A stretch of DNA of 61,132 nt, filler included, from Sphacelaria rigidula (lineage: Eukaryota), in assembly GCA_964200075.2 (NCBI GenBank). It is 10 parts of 10 records of this genome, joined end to end, with 100 filler letters (N's around TTAATTAATTAA, not from the genome) between each part and the next. Parts side by side here need not be neighbours in the genome. Positions count along the whole stretch, not along the records: positions 12,249 to 18,271 come from CAXNAA020022730.1; positions 18,372 to 24,394 come from CAXNAA020022731.1; positions 24,495 to 30,517 come from CAXNAA020022732.1; 7 more parts are not named here. One strand, 5' to 3'. Below the pieces are notes generated by a model. That model did not search any database. It saw nothing but the letters and a program-made list of their open reading frames with translations, and was not told the origin of the DNA. Below, in pieces: positions 13,116-24,948 of the stretch (the first letter of the stretch is position 1; every line of letters begins with the position of its first letter). Both the position numbers and the translations under genes were made by a program.

Positions 13116-13409
13116 ACCACGTGTAAATTACAAAATAAGTTACGGGCAAACCTTTTGACTGTAGAGTAGAAGGGCCCAACCGAGACCACTCCGGTTTCAC
13201 CGCCGAAATCCGAGACGGCAACGTTACAAACATCAAAATAAATATAAATTGAAAGCACCCGGGACACAGGGCAATCTATTAAGACAAACGCAATTCAATT
13301 TTATCGTTGCACCAAACGAAGTCGTGCTTCTGTCTCCGAAGCAGTGTGCCCACACAACCGCAAATAACAGTCATGAGCACACATTGTTCATGCCGGGTAG
13401 CATGCTACT

Positions 13410-14085
13410 ACGCAACGACTCGGAATCGCCTCTCTACATCACACCACTTCAATAGCATACAACCCAAATCTGGCACATGCTCAAGAAAAGCGTATTGGAG
13501 TCACCTTTCCGTACCGCAGCACGACAACACCATCCAAGTCTCGCCCAAACTCGATACAAACCGCGTTGGAGCCCTCACGAGATCACAGCACTATAAAACA
13601 TGCCCCGTGGCATGAACTCGCGACACATTGCGTCGGAATCACCTCGCGACCCCACAGCACTACCGTACAAATCCAGTGGCAAAAACTCGCGAATAATCGC
13701 GTTGGAATCACCTAGCGATCCCACAGCACTAGATCACAATCCCAGTCTAGCCAAAACTCGAACAAAGCGCGCTAGAGTCACGTCTCGACATCATAGCATG
13801 ACTATAAACTCGAAACATATCGCGTTGGAGTCACATCACTACACCACGGCACTAAATTACAAATCCACGTCCGGCACACACTCAAGACGAACCATGTCGG
13901 CCGCTTCTCGATACCACAGCTCTACAGAACAAATTCAAGTCTGGCACAAACTCCTGTCGAACTACGTCGTAGTTGCCTCGCGAAACGGCAGCACTACCGT
14001 ACGAATCCATGCTCGGCACAATCGCGAGGAAAGACGTCTGGCAGTCGCCTCTCGACATCACAACACTACAATTACAAACACGGGA
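13410..14085. repeat. Degenerate ~69-bp minisatellite, about 10 units
   Basis: Recurring CACAGCACTA...AAACTCG...CGCGTTGGARTCAC (e.g. 13653 and 13722). Confidence 0.7.
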
Positions 14086-14915
14086 AACCTAATACATAAA
14101 GTCGGCGCTTCCGATACATCAGATAGTCATCGCCGAGATGCTCAACTATCCTTCACTTCAAACACAATTCTTCACCAAATGTGGCACCGTCTCCGATTCC
14201 TGTCCCCCCACTCCCGTCGCTCTGATACACTGCCCACTCACCCCTGCCCCAGACCTTATGTTCCGTACCTCCTATGAAAGGTACCCCGCGGGGTGTCGTG
14301 CTACACACAGAAGCGCTGAAAAAAAACTTCAACTCCACCCCGTGGTGGTACCTTCGAAATCGAAGTGTTCCGTCGTCCTATCCTACGGAAAGAAACACGG
14401 AACAAAACTCGATAGTACCTTCTCTGTGTCCTACGTTTGTCTGCACCATATGCTGGTGCACTTCGAGGCCTTCGTACACGCGCCATACTATGAAACAGCA
14501 AGCAAAACAATAAAAACTGGAAACACACTAATCCATCGTGTAACAACCCACTTTAGAAGCCGCGGTACTCGCATCGAGTCCCGATACTGTACAGTAAGAT
14601 AAGCACAAAGTAGAAGAGTTCCACTTCACTCTGTAACGGTGTACTTCGAAGCCGAGGCCCCCGCGGGATGCCATGCGAAACACAGGAGAATTGAATTGAA
14701 ACTCCAACACCACCCCGTCATGGTATCTTCAAAATCGAACTGCTCCGTCATCTTATCCTACGGAAATTAAAACTGGACGGAAATAATAATACCTCCCTTG
14801 TGCCCTATCCTTGTCTGCTTCATGTCAGCTGTCAACGCTACCCATGCGTGCAAAAGGGTGGAGCAAGCGCTAATACGGGTCGCAAAGAACCATCACGCCC
14901 TCCCCCCATCCCTCC

Positions 14916-15000
14916 ATGCTCCGTCTCGAAAGGGATGCGTGGTCAATGGGCAAACGACTAAGGCAAGCAACAAATGAGTACGCCCCCCCCCCCCCCCCCC
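14916..15000 (+). mobile_element. 5'-truncated LINE family A copy with poly(C) tail and 14-bp TSD
   Basis: Matches the 3' end of the RT-bearing element in contig 10; C18 run at 14983-15000; CCCCCCATCCCTCC at 14902-14915 and 14995-15008. Confidence 0.9.
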
Positions 15001-15639
15001 ATCCCTCCGTCCAAAATTCTAGATAAGACAAGCTATTTGAATATGCAGGGGGAACACATATCTTCTGATAGACGAGGTATTATCAAGGGCCGACTCCATC
15101 GATTCATCGCGTACCCTTTGTCCCATTCCTACCCACCGCACAACTTGAGCAAAACGCCACAGATCAGGATGGCTTCAACCACGGCATTTTCGAAAAACAA
15201 TGCCGCGAAAGAATCACTGACGTCATCCTCACGGCACCCCGAAAAGTGTCGAAAACACAAGTACAAAATGAAAGTATGTATATAAATATATTACCCCCGT
15301 CCATTCTTCAAGGTCTGACTTGTATTTTGTTGCTCGAATGCTTCTTACGTCGTGACTTTCAGGAGAGGACATTTTCGCACAAACGTCGATCACGTTCACA
15401 CACGACACGAGCGACCCTCAGAACAGATAAACTCACTTCTATATATAATAAAGGAGCAAGTCGCGTAGACTCCCTTACCCCAGTACCTTCCGGGCTCGCA
15501 ACTAAACAAATATGGAAAATCAAGAACTCGATTGACTTCGATTCGCAGCTGTCTCCCGCAGAATATCACCGATTGTACGCATCTGAATCATTACAGCAGC
15601 ATCATTCGCCTAGGCAACACCAATGCAGACTAGACTGGA

Positions 15640-15750
15640 CTAGACTAGAGATGAGTATTGCTCTTCCTCATCGCTGGAGTTGTCCTCAGCAAATGCCAGA
15701 GACGCCTCCTTGTACGGCACCTTCGTTACTTCCTGCGTTGAAGTTTCGTG
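15640..15750 (-). CDS. Terminal exon of an unknown Ser/Arg-rich protein (HETSTQEV...QYSSLV*)
   Basis: Strong (CT)n polypyrimidine tract then cag acceptor; phase 0, compatible with the upstream exons. Confidence 0.65.
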   Translation of the reverse strand, partial: HETSTQEVTKVPYKEASLAFAEDNSSDEEEQYSSLV

Positions 15751-16605
15751 CTGGGTGAAACAAGAGAGAGAGAAAGAGAGAGAACGCGATCGTGGGTGAC
15801 CCCCGTTAGAGAGAAGATAGAACTCGGGTGTCGCGGCGCCCGTCGAGGGTACTAATGAGAATAGAGAAGTGGAACACGCACCCACACAACACCGCCCGCA
15901 CAGGAACCTCTGGGGATAGAGGAGATTGGGGGAATGGGGGCGTGCGTGCCGCTGATGGTCGAAGAATACGGACAGCACCGTATCTCCTTAGTGGAGCAAC
16001 GGCCTAACCCCGGTGAAGATACGTCGAAAGGATGCAATGGAATACCACCGGCAGTGTACGGGAGCGAGGATAGTATCTTTCAGCATGTTACTGTCGACAA
16101 ATTCACGCCAGAGTACATATAGTTCATTGTTGGAGGGCATCCCGGGGGGCACAATATCACTTCCATCCGTCGATGGCAAGCTGTGGCCTTCGAGGATGTA
16201 ATGCGCCCATTGATGAAACAAAAACTCGACCACACTGCACACATGCAGCATGTGCAACTAACGTACCGGCCCTTGAGCTCCCCACGTTGGGATGGGCAAA
16301 CGCGGCGATATCTTCTCCAAGCGTTTGATGCCTTTCTCGGCCACAGTCTGTGTCGCGCGACAAAAGCAGAGAAGTAAGAAGCAAGAAAAAGTAGCAACAT
16401 CTATTAATCCAAGAAGTTGCTTTTGTTTCTGGCAGAGCGCATCGACGGGCGTGACACGGTTGGGAGCCAGCAGTAACAAAAGCAGCAGCAAAAACTAAGG
16501 ACAACAGCAGCGACCATCGCAATACATGTTCCGGAGGTTCTGGAGCCCATGAACTCCATCATCACGAACAACGTGAACACCACATCCACTGCGCCCAAGA
16601 CACAC

Positions 16606-16980
16606 CTTCCGGCTCAACGCCGCCTTGAGCGTGGTCGTCGGCCTCCTGTTGTCGTGCGGCCTGTTGGACAAGAAAATTACTTCCTCTCCGGAGAGAAGTC
16701 TCGACAAAGATCGCCCCCTGTTGGACAAGAACATCCTTTCCTTTCCGGAACCCGAACGATCGCTGCTGTTCGACGCCAGCAGAACCTGGTCTGCCGAAGC
16801 CTGCCTCCCTATGGGCGGTCTCTCTAGTTCTGGCGGAAGCCGTAACCTTACCCTCTCCCTGTCGACCCCCGATCCAGAGCTATAGTTGCTCCGTGGCGGA
16901 GAAAGGGATGATGACCTGGGGGTCATGCGGGTGGACGAGCCGGGACCAGTTTCCGAAGCGCGTCTGGAATGGGAGATGTC
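16606..16980 (-). CDS. Internal exon, same unknown gene (DISHSRRASE...AALSRK)
   Basis: gacag|GAC acceptor, AAG|gtgtgt donor; 375 nt open, phase 0-0. Confidence 0.7.
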
Positions 16981-17493
16981 CTGTCACGATATGAAGACGA
17001 GTGAGGACATGAGCAAAACAAAACATGTAGGGTAAGTTCAAGCAATTTTCGAGCACCACAGTCGATGTGTACGCTGTTGCCAAATGTTGGAGTAGTAACG
17101 TCGAGGAGGGGAGATTTTTCGATTACGCACCAGATGTGCGATTTAGGCTGCGTGGGGTGCATACGAGTTGTACGAAGGCGTGGAACGTTTATTCTTTACT
17201 GGATTGAAAGCGAGCGCTGTCAAACAAATGGTCAACAACAAGTTCCGTCCAACAAGCGCGATTATCAGGTCAGCTGTGCTTCTTGGTGGAAAATCCAAAA
17301 TGGGAAGGGTAAAAACGGGTAAGAGCAAAGCAGCACACAATTCGAAACGACTGCAAAGATATGTCAGAAGGAACAACAATTGAAGAGGATACCCATACGG
17401 CACATTCCACAATGCATAAGAGAGATCCACGCAACGCTTCGAAACAATAATAGTAACACACCGAACAACCAACAATGTACAAACAGCACTTAC

Positions 17494-17760
17494 TCTCGGC
17501 ACGCTACCCGGACCAACTCCCGAAACGGTAGAGGGGCCTCGGGATGCAGCCTCAGACATGGTAGGCCCATGAGACGACATGGGGGATGGCCCGCCTAGCT
17601 GCGTCTGCCAGCCAGGCGACGGCACGTCGGATGACTTGGCCGTGGAGGCACTGAACCGTCTGCGCTGCTGAGCACGGTGATCGCTGAACTCTGGCGAAAT
17701 CAGTCCCAGGGGGCTGGAATGTTGCGCCGTTTTCTCTTTCGGGTGAACGACGTTCTGGAC
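17494..17760 (-). CDS. Internal exon, same unknown gene (VQNVVHPK...GSVPR)
   Basis: acacag|GTC acceptor, AGA|gtaagt donor; 267 nt open, phase 0-0. Confidence 0.7.
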
Positions 17761-18203
17761 CTGTGTATTTGCGTTATACTCGGATGAAGTTGCGTTCACG
17801 TCGTAGACGATGACCGATACGTGTATGTGTGTATGTGTGCGCGCGCGCTTGTGCGGGTGATACCACTTGGAACGGATACATTTCCACGAGTGTCCGTCTA
17901 GGTGTCATCGTCTTTTTTTTACATAAACGACATCATGAGATGATTCTATATACTTCTCGGATAGAGGGTCACGATTTCAAATCTCGGCCCTCATTAACAG
18001 AACACAATACGAAAGTCTCTACCTTGTGCGGGCAACGAAAAGTCGTAGTGGTATAAATTGTGGGTTTGCAGAAAATTGGTGAGAACAAGAATAGCAAGCA
18101 CGCAAGGGTCATGGAGGAACAAAGGAACACGAATGGTCGTACCAGCGGGCGGGAACGGTTGCCTGTACAACCTTCTTTCCACCAAAAAACGCACGAAATT
18201 TAG

Positions 18204-18271
18204 AGGGGGTGTATTCACGATGATGCATGCCACAGTCATACGACGATTGACCTCGCATCCCTACAAAGCCG
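18204..18271 (-). mobile_element. LINE family B 3' end (contig-truncated)
   Basis: Reverse complement of TGTAGGGATGCGAGGTCAAT...GAATACACCCCC. Confidence 0.75.
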
Positions 18272-18722
18272 NNNNNNNNNNNNNNNNNNNNNNNNNNNNN
18301 NNNNNNNNNNNNNNNTTAATTAATTAANNNNNNNNNNNNNNNNNNNNNNNNNNNNNNNNNNNNNNNNNNNNCAAAATTTCGAGCAACAAATGCCCCAAAA
18401 TACCCCCACCCCTATCGTTGGATGGCTCATGAGGTATATTTCGACATAAGTTTAGTGATAAAAACAAGTTTATATTTTTCGTCTTCTTTCTTCATCAGCT
18501 TCGTCTACGCCTTACCTCTCTAACGAAGCCAACCATAGGATGATCGTCAACGTTGAAATACCCAAACGATTAAACGCCCATGAGGACCATTACTTTTGGC
18601 TCAGAGGAAGTAATTCATCAATCGATCGAAGAATTACACCCACATCCTTGCCCCGCAGGCTTCATGAAACCACCCTGCTGTCGCTACGGTGCAGCGCGGT
18701 TAATCTCGTGCGTCAGACTCAC

Positions 18723-18832
18723 CAGATCTAACTTGACTCCCTCAGGTGCCGCCGTTATGAGCTTCAGGTATTGGACAAGATCGTTCTTAGATACTTGGCC
18801 ATCTCCATCCATGTCGACAAGCGTAAACGCCG
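18723..18832 (-). CDS. EF-hand exon of a calcineurin-B-like Ca2+-binding protein
   Basis: AFTLVDMDGDGQVSKNDLVQYLKLIT contains a canonical DxDxDG loop; cgcag acceptor, CTG|gtgagt donor. Confidence 0.85.
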
Positions 18833-19926
18833 CTGCGTATCGATAAAGAACAACAGACCATACCACAAAAACTTAGCTAACGCCTGTCCCGTGCAGTCTT
18901 TTGCGGTAGATCAGGTTCTGAGTAATATTCCACCGTACCGCAGGTCTTCCAAATGTCTAGATGTTTTTGCTGCATGTGTGTGTGGTTCTATATCCCTACC
19001 AGAGCCGTGTAGTGACGGGGTCCGCGTGCAGTAGGTGACATGCAAGTGGGATCTCTTCGCATCACCTAAATATATAATATTGCTGTGCTTTCAACGTTTA
19101 ATCGTCAGCACCGTCAGGGTGGGCAACCTGTTGAATCGGTATCAATTGTAGGTAAGACGTAGATGAGACCCACCCTGCTGCCAAAGGGTTATAACTTTTT
19201 TCATCCCCTGCCCCCGTCCTCGGGGCGAGTCCGCGGTACTGAAAGAACAGGTCAACACGTCTCTCCTCCGGCTCGGTACCTGCCTCAAACTTTCATTACC
19301 GAGCATTTGGATCAGCAGACCCACAGCCCCCTCTATGTCCATCGGATTTTTTTCTTCACCATACATACTGACTACTGGATCAACACCGGCGCGTACGACG
19401 TGTCTCTGGATGATGGCCGCGTGAGACCCGAGAATGCATCACCCAGAGGTGACATTTCGGAGGGAGGGTGGTGTACTACGTACAGCGCGGGTCCCACCAC
19501 GGTGCACGGTGCGGTCCTCTCATGTATGAAATTACACCATAGTGCAGTCAAAATCTCCTTTTCACAAGTCCGACCCGCGATGCTAATAGTCATGTAAATA
19601 TTGTATCACCTATCTACACTATTCCAGTATATTGCGGGGGTCCCCGTATAGTGCAGTCGTGCCGATTCGGCGACCCACCCGACTCTGCTGGGGACCCTCA
19701 CTGAACTTCAGTGCGGTACTGTAGGTACCAACAAAGATGGTGCCAATAGCCGCTTAAAATCAATCACCCCGGGATGCAGTTCGAGGGTAGTATCCTATGT
19801 ACTCGTGGTTGTGCGTCGGCCCCGACGAATAATGTAGAGTAGTGAAAATTGTTCTTTATCCGATAACACCCGGACTACCCTTGAAAATGTTCTCCGACCT
19901 CACGCGAGATCCTTCGTCGCACTCAC

Positions 19927-19967
19927 TTCTCAGCTTGAGATCCCTCTGAGACGCAGGGTTGTTGAAT
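19927..19967 (-). CDS. 41-nt upstream exon of the same EF-hand protein (FNNPASQRDLKLR)
   Basis: gacag acceptor, A|gtgagt donor; phase 1 joins the next exon to give KLRTAFTLVDMDGDG, resembling calcineurin B KLRFAFRIYDMDKDG. Confidence 0.75.
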
Positions 19968-22387
19968 CTGTCCGTCGGCGGAATCAGGCGCGAAAAAAAT
20001 GTAGAGTTAAGATTGGTATCGACGGATCGAGTCGGTCAGACGATGAAACGCACGAATGGATATAGTAGGCTAGACTATAAATCACCCGGATGGCACGATA
20101 CGGCAGCGTGAGGGCGAACATCCGCCGCAGTGGATCCGCGAAGATGACCATATGGACACCCTGCAGAAGAAGAATCACGCTGTAATAGGCGGTCAGACAA
20201 TACTGCAGGTCAGCTGGCAAACTCTCTTGATGCAGCTTCAGCCGGCAACGAATGGTATTGGTTTTTATTCAACCCTTTGACCGCCTTGTAAGGTAATCTC
20301 AGTCTTACTCTCAGTCTTCGAGTAAAAAATAACCCGCTTCGATAAATGACCCACCCTGGGGGTTGAAGGGCTTCAATTATGCATACTGTAATACGTAGTA
20401 TATACGAGCGGCTGGCGAAATGAACGAAATAGGTGAACATCCAAGACGTATACACACGGCCTACGGGATCATGACGGTACTCTGAGGCTAAACGGCAAAA
20501 ATACTGCACGCGCCAGGCGCTACTCAACTCTTTTGTCACACAACTGTTGTATTGATCTAATATATCGTACGTCGTATATGGCAAAATATATCGTTTAAAG
20601 TCGAGGACGGGTGGCCGTAATACTGATACTCATGACCCAATGCTAGATAATGTAGTGCGTTGGGTACTTCGAGAGAAATGGCTTAAGTCGAGGCCATGGA
20701 CTCGTCTCAAGGTGTCCTTGGTTAGTTTTTCGGGGGGATATTTGACCCTACTGGAACGAGACCCAAGATTAGGGATGCGTGAGCACCACAATGTTCAGGA
20801 ATGAGATATGGCACTTTTTGGCCCATGACAAAAAATTACGAGTCACCTTTGTCTCGCTCTGTTCGTAGGTATCACGCATAGTTGATGATTATCTGTGGAT
20901 ACATCCTGAGCCGAGCTGTTCAAGACTGGATACATATCACCACGAACCTGTACTGTATCAGAGCACGACGCGACGGTAGGAGAATCGCTGAGTATATAGT
21001 TTGCTTAGACCAGCGTAACATACGTGTGCACATGTTCTCCACCATGCGGTTTTTGACAGGTTGCCGTTCTCGGACCTGCGATTCTAGTGTAATCTTCTCT
21101 GCAACCGAATGTACGAATATATAACACTTCAAGTGATAAAAGGCCATGTCACGAAAAGAAAACGCTTGGCTCATACATTTATTGCAAGGCTACTAGCCCT
21201 AACCCTAGCCCTAGCCCTGCCGTAATACTGACCCTAAACTTACCCAAACGACCTTTGGCAAAAATATCTTCGATTTGCCAAAAGCTCACCGGAGACCCTC
21301 GGCGTTCGGTTGATCGGAGACAAAAAGTACGGAGGGCGGGCTACCGAAGCACGAATCTTTGCAATTCACTTTTTTTTTAACATGATCTCTTAACATACTA
21401 CGTATTGATGAAGGCCTAGCAATTTCGTACCAACGTGTCCCTCGCCTCTACATCGTGCACATTATTTCCCTCACATTGCTAGTACCTCCACGAACTCCTT
21501 CCAGAAATAAATGTGCGCGGCATCAGTCGATGGGGACCCGGCGACCAGTCAAGTCGAACGTCGTCACAATGACCGGTCAACATACATGAAAAAAAAAAAC
21601 GAAGTGAGGGAATATGTTGCTAAACGTGAAGTGATGGATAGACGATCGCGCAAGCATGTACACACATACGTTCGAAGATACTTGGAATGGCACATAACAT
21701 TTGCAAAAGAAAACGCCATTGTCGGGCGTCATGGAGTATGATAAAAGAGGATCAATCTTGACCAGGATCGTCGAGAAAGATACCACAGAAAAACGCACAG
21801 TCTCAGACCTGCCTGACTGGGGCTAAATAGAAACAACACGGCTGTCAGGGAGCCTGCGAGTTTTGTCTTGTCAGCCCCTGTTGAAACTATGGCTCACCTA
21901 TTGAATATATTTAGTTGTTGGTCTAGGTTATCGTCGTGTATGCACACGTGTGAAGTCTTCCGGCTGCAACTTCTATGCAACTTCTAGTTGCGTACGCGGC
22001 TCTTCGAGGTGCGTGTCCACGAGAGATTCCCAAGACTCTTCTTGAATTCTTAATTCACCTGAAGCCCACCCAGGGCAGGTGTTCCGTTTGTTTTCTCCTT
22101 TTCTCTTCTTTTCTTATTCCCACTTTGCCCCTTTGCTCGATGTTCCTTCACCGGTTGCTTCCCTTGTACTCCACCACTTGGGGTACGTCTGTCTTTCTTA
22201 CCACGACTAGATTTGCAACGGATTAGTTTAGATGATATCATCAACCCGTTGAATATAAACCTGGGGATGACGTCCTGACTCTCGCGTTGTATTCGTACGA
22301 ATATCCTGGGGTATATTTGTTGTTGTCTTACTACGGCGTCTCTCAAGCTCCGATTTGTTTCTTATACCACACCTCCGACCAGCTGAA

Positions 22388-22787
22388 GGGGGGGCGTACT
22401 CATTTGTTGCTTGCCTTAGTCGTTTGACCATTGACCACGCATCCCTTTCGAGACGNNNNNNNNNNTCTTTGTCTCCCTTTCGAGACGGAGCACCGTTCCG
22501 ACTCCTAGTAGAGACACCTCCGACATTCCGGCGCTCATTCCGTTTCTCCCGTAGCTCATTACGTTTCTTTCATACATTACACAAAACGTTTTACATAGCT
22601 TATCCCCGTCCTGTTTCGCCGTCTCTGGCCACCATCTATCCTCTACTGTAGTTTAGCCATCGTTTTCTCCCTACTGTCTGGTGAGGAGGGGGGGGGGGGG
22701 GGGAGACGTACTTATTTGTTGCTCGCCATAGTCGTTTGACCAATGACCACGCATCTCTTCCGAGACGGAGCATCGCAACCGGCACCG
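22388..22787 (-). mobile_element. Two tandem 5'-truncated LINE family A copies, each with a G-run (poly(C) on the element strand)
   Basis: 22395-22680 aligns with the contig-10 element 3' region; second copy at ~22688-22775; flanked by CGACCAGCTG(AA)GGGGG on both sides. Confidence 0.85.
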
Positions 22788-22994
22788 CGACCAGCTGGGG
22801 GAGGCATTACTTTATCTTCTGTTTCTTGGACGTCCCTTCCTTATTATTATTATATTTTGTTTTGGAGTCTCGAGAGAAGCTGCTCAATAAGCCATTCTAT
22901 CTCATGTAAGGATTAGTGGTGACGGTAGTGGGACGGTGAGTCTATGTGTGTGACCATGGGTTCGAGAGATCGGGCTAATGTGCGGATGATAAAT

Positions 22995-23148
22995 ACCACC
23001 ACCACCACTGCTACCACTACCACTACCACTACTACTACTGCAGCTACTGCTACTATTACTACTACTGCTGCTGCTGCTACTGCTGCTACTGCTGCTACTG
23101 CTACTGCTACTGCTACTGCTACTGCTACTGCTACTGCTCCTGCTACTG

Positions 23149-23199
<51 letters not shown>

Positions 23200-23240
23200 T
23201 TACTACTACTACTACTACTACTACCACCATCATCACCACC
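22995..23240. repeat. Compound (ACT)n/(GCT)n/(ACC)n microsatellite
   Basis: ~245 bp of trinucleotide repeats. Confidence 0.95.
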
Positions 23241-23539
23241 GAGGAAATCAAGTCGTCACCTTTTCCGGCGAGGCGCACAGGTATGCAGTTGGTTGATTAG
23301 TTTAGTGATTGATGATCGACTAATTTATGGGTTGACTGCCCTGATATATTGTTGCACATGAAATGGCTCGCGGCGAGTCCGGCCGTGGCCACAAACAGAT
23401 AGACGTATCCAGGTTCAATGCACGGAAACGCTCGCCAAAGGAAACTCTTGGAAGGAAGAACACGAAAAAGGAGAGGACACAACAAAAAAGCAAATCGTAT
23501 ACGAGCTGGGCCAGCCGAGAAGCGATCCTGCAGTTTGCA

Positions 23540-23815
23540 GGCCCATTATACGGCCAATACCTGGAGTTGGACCCTGAAGTTTGGTATGGACAATGAGTAG
23601 GGCAAAATAAAAAAATTACTGGCGCACACAAGGGTTTTTGTCTTTTTCCATGAGTCAAGGGCATTTTACCGATATCTGAAAACTGATTATTGTCCTTAAC
23701 TCATGAAAAAACACAAAAACCCTTGCGTGCGCCCGTAATTTTTTTTATGATGCCCTACTCATTGTCCATACGAAATTTCAGGGTCCAACTCCAAGTATTT
23801 GCCGTATAATGGGCC
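23540..23815. mobile_element. Foldback-type MITE with ~124-bp inverted arms
   Basis: GGCCCATTATACGGC...CATGAGTCAAGGGCA mirrored by TGTCCTTAACTCATG...GCCGTATAATGGGCC. Confidence 0.8.
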
Positions 23816-24948
23816 GTTTAGTGACAGGGTCAGAATAAATTCGGAACAGTATTTTGCAGGTCATTCACCGGCCCACGTTTGGTGTTTGTGTATCGAAACT
23901 TTGTGTGGGGCGTGGCTAGGGCATAATCAACAAAACAAAGTGGGTTAGATTGGTTTTTTTTTCATTTTATTCATTGGTTTAGGGCGTTTAAGTCTGGTAA
24001 AGACCATTTTTTCACGAGAACGCCTGAACCTCTCCAAAATAAAATTAAAATGAAGGCCCATTTATTTTTTATTTTTTGCATACCTCTGTGGTCCTCCATG
24101 CTGAGTTTCAAATTACAATTCCTAAAATTGAGCTAAAAAAATGAGATAAGGCCCAAAAGCAGTGTTCATTTCTCCTCAATACTGCCCCGAAACCCGAAAA
24201 AAATGAAGAAAAACGATTAAATTGAAAAATCTGTGTTTACAAGCTTTATTATGCACTAGCGGCTCTCCATACGAATTTTTATAGCATAACTCTCAAAAAC
24301 TGAGACGCGATATCCAGGTTCAGCTAATCTAGAGCATCTGCTTTTAATATATTGATTTTAGTATGGAAACTTATGTGCGCCATATCTCGAGATANNNNNN
24401 NNNNNNNNNNNNNNNNNNNNNNNNNNNNNNNNNNNNNNTTAATTAATTAANNNNNNNNNNNNNNNNNNNNNNNNNNNNNNNNNNNNNNNNNNNNCCTACT
24501 GGTGCTTGGTTGGTGGGGGGTAAGGCGTGCGTGAGTGTGTCCGGAACCGGCACTGTTGAGGGTACAAAACCGTTCAAACCGGCACTACTGAGGTTCATCT
24601 GTCAGTCGTGCCGGGCGGCACTACTGCGAACTCTGGCTGTGCCCGGAGATTTTACCGGTATTATGTAGGTCGTTGGCACTATTCAACCGGCACTACTGAG
24701 AGCCCCCCACTGTACATGACAAAGTTCTCCAGGACTGCAGGGATAAAAGTTCATTTTGCCACCTCCGACAACTACAAAACTCATGTAGCACCGTACTACT
24801 GTAGCTACAGAAGAGCCACTCAATCGACATGGTCTATATATTACGCACATTGGGCGTCAACACTCTCCCCCTGCTACTGACTGCCAGGCTTTCCGGCCTG
24901 TTTCTGAATCTCCGCGCTGGCTGTTCTCCGCCTCCCTTCCGACCGTAC

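Noticed and set aside
19142..19366. ORF MYGEEKNPMDIEG... as an exon of the EF-hand gene
   Set aside because: Its donor is phase 0, while the EF-hand exon needs phase 1; the 41-nt exon fits instead.
22913..23300. Poly-Thr/Ala and poly-Val ORFs
   Set aside because: Translations of a trinucleotide microsatellite; no independent coding evidence.
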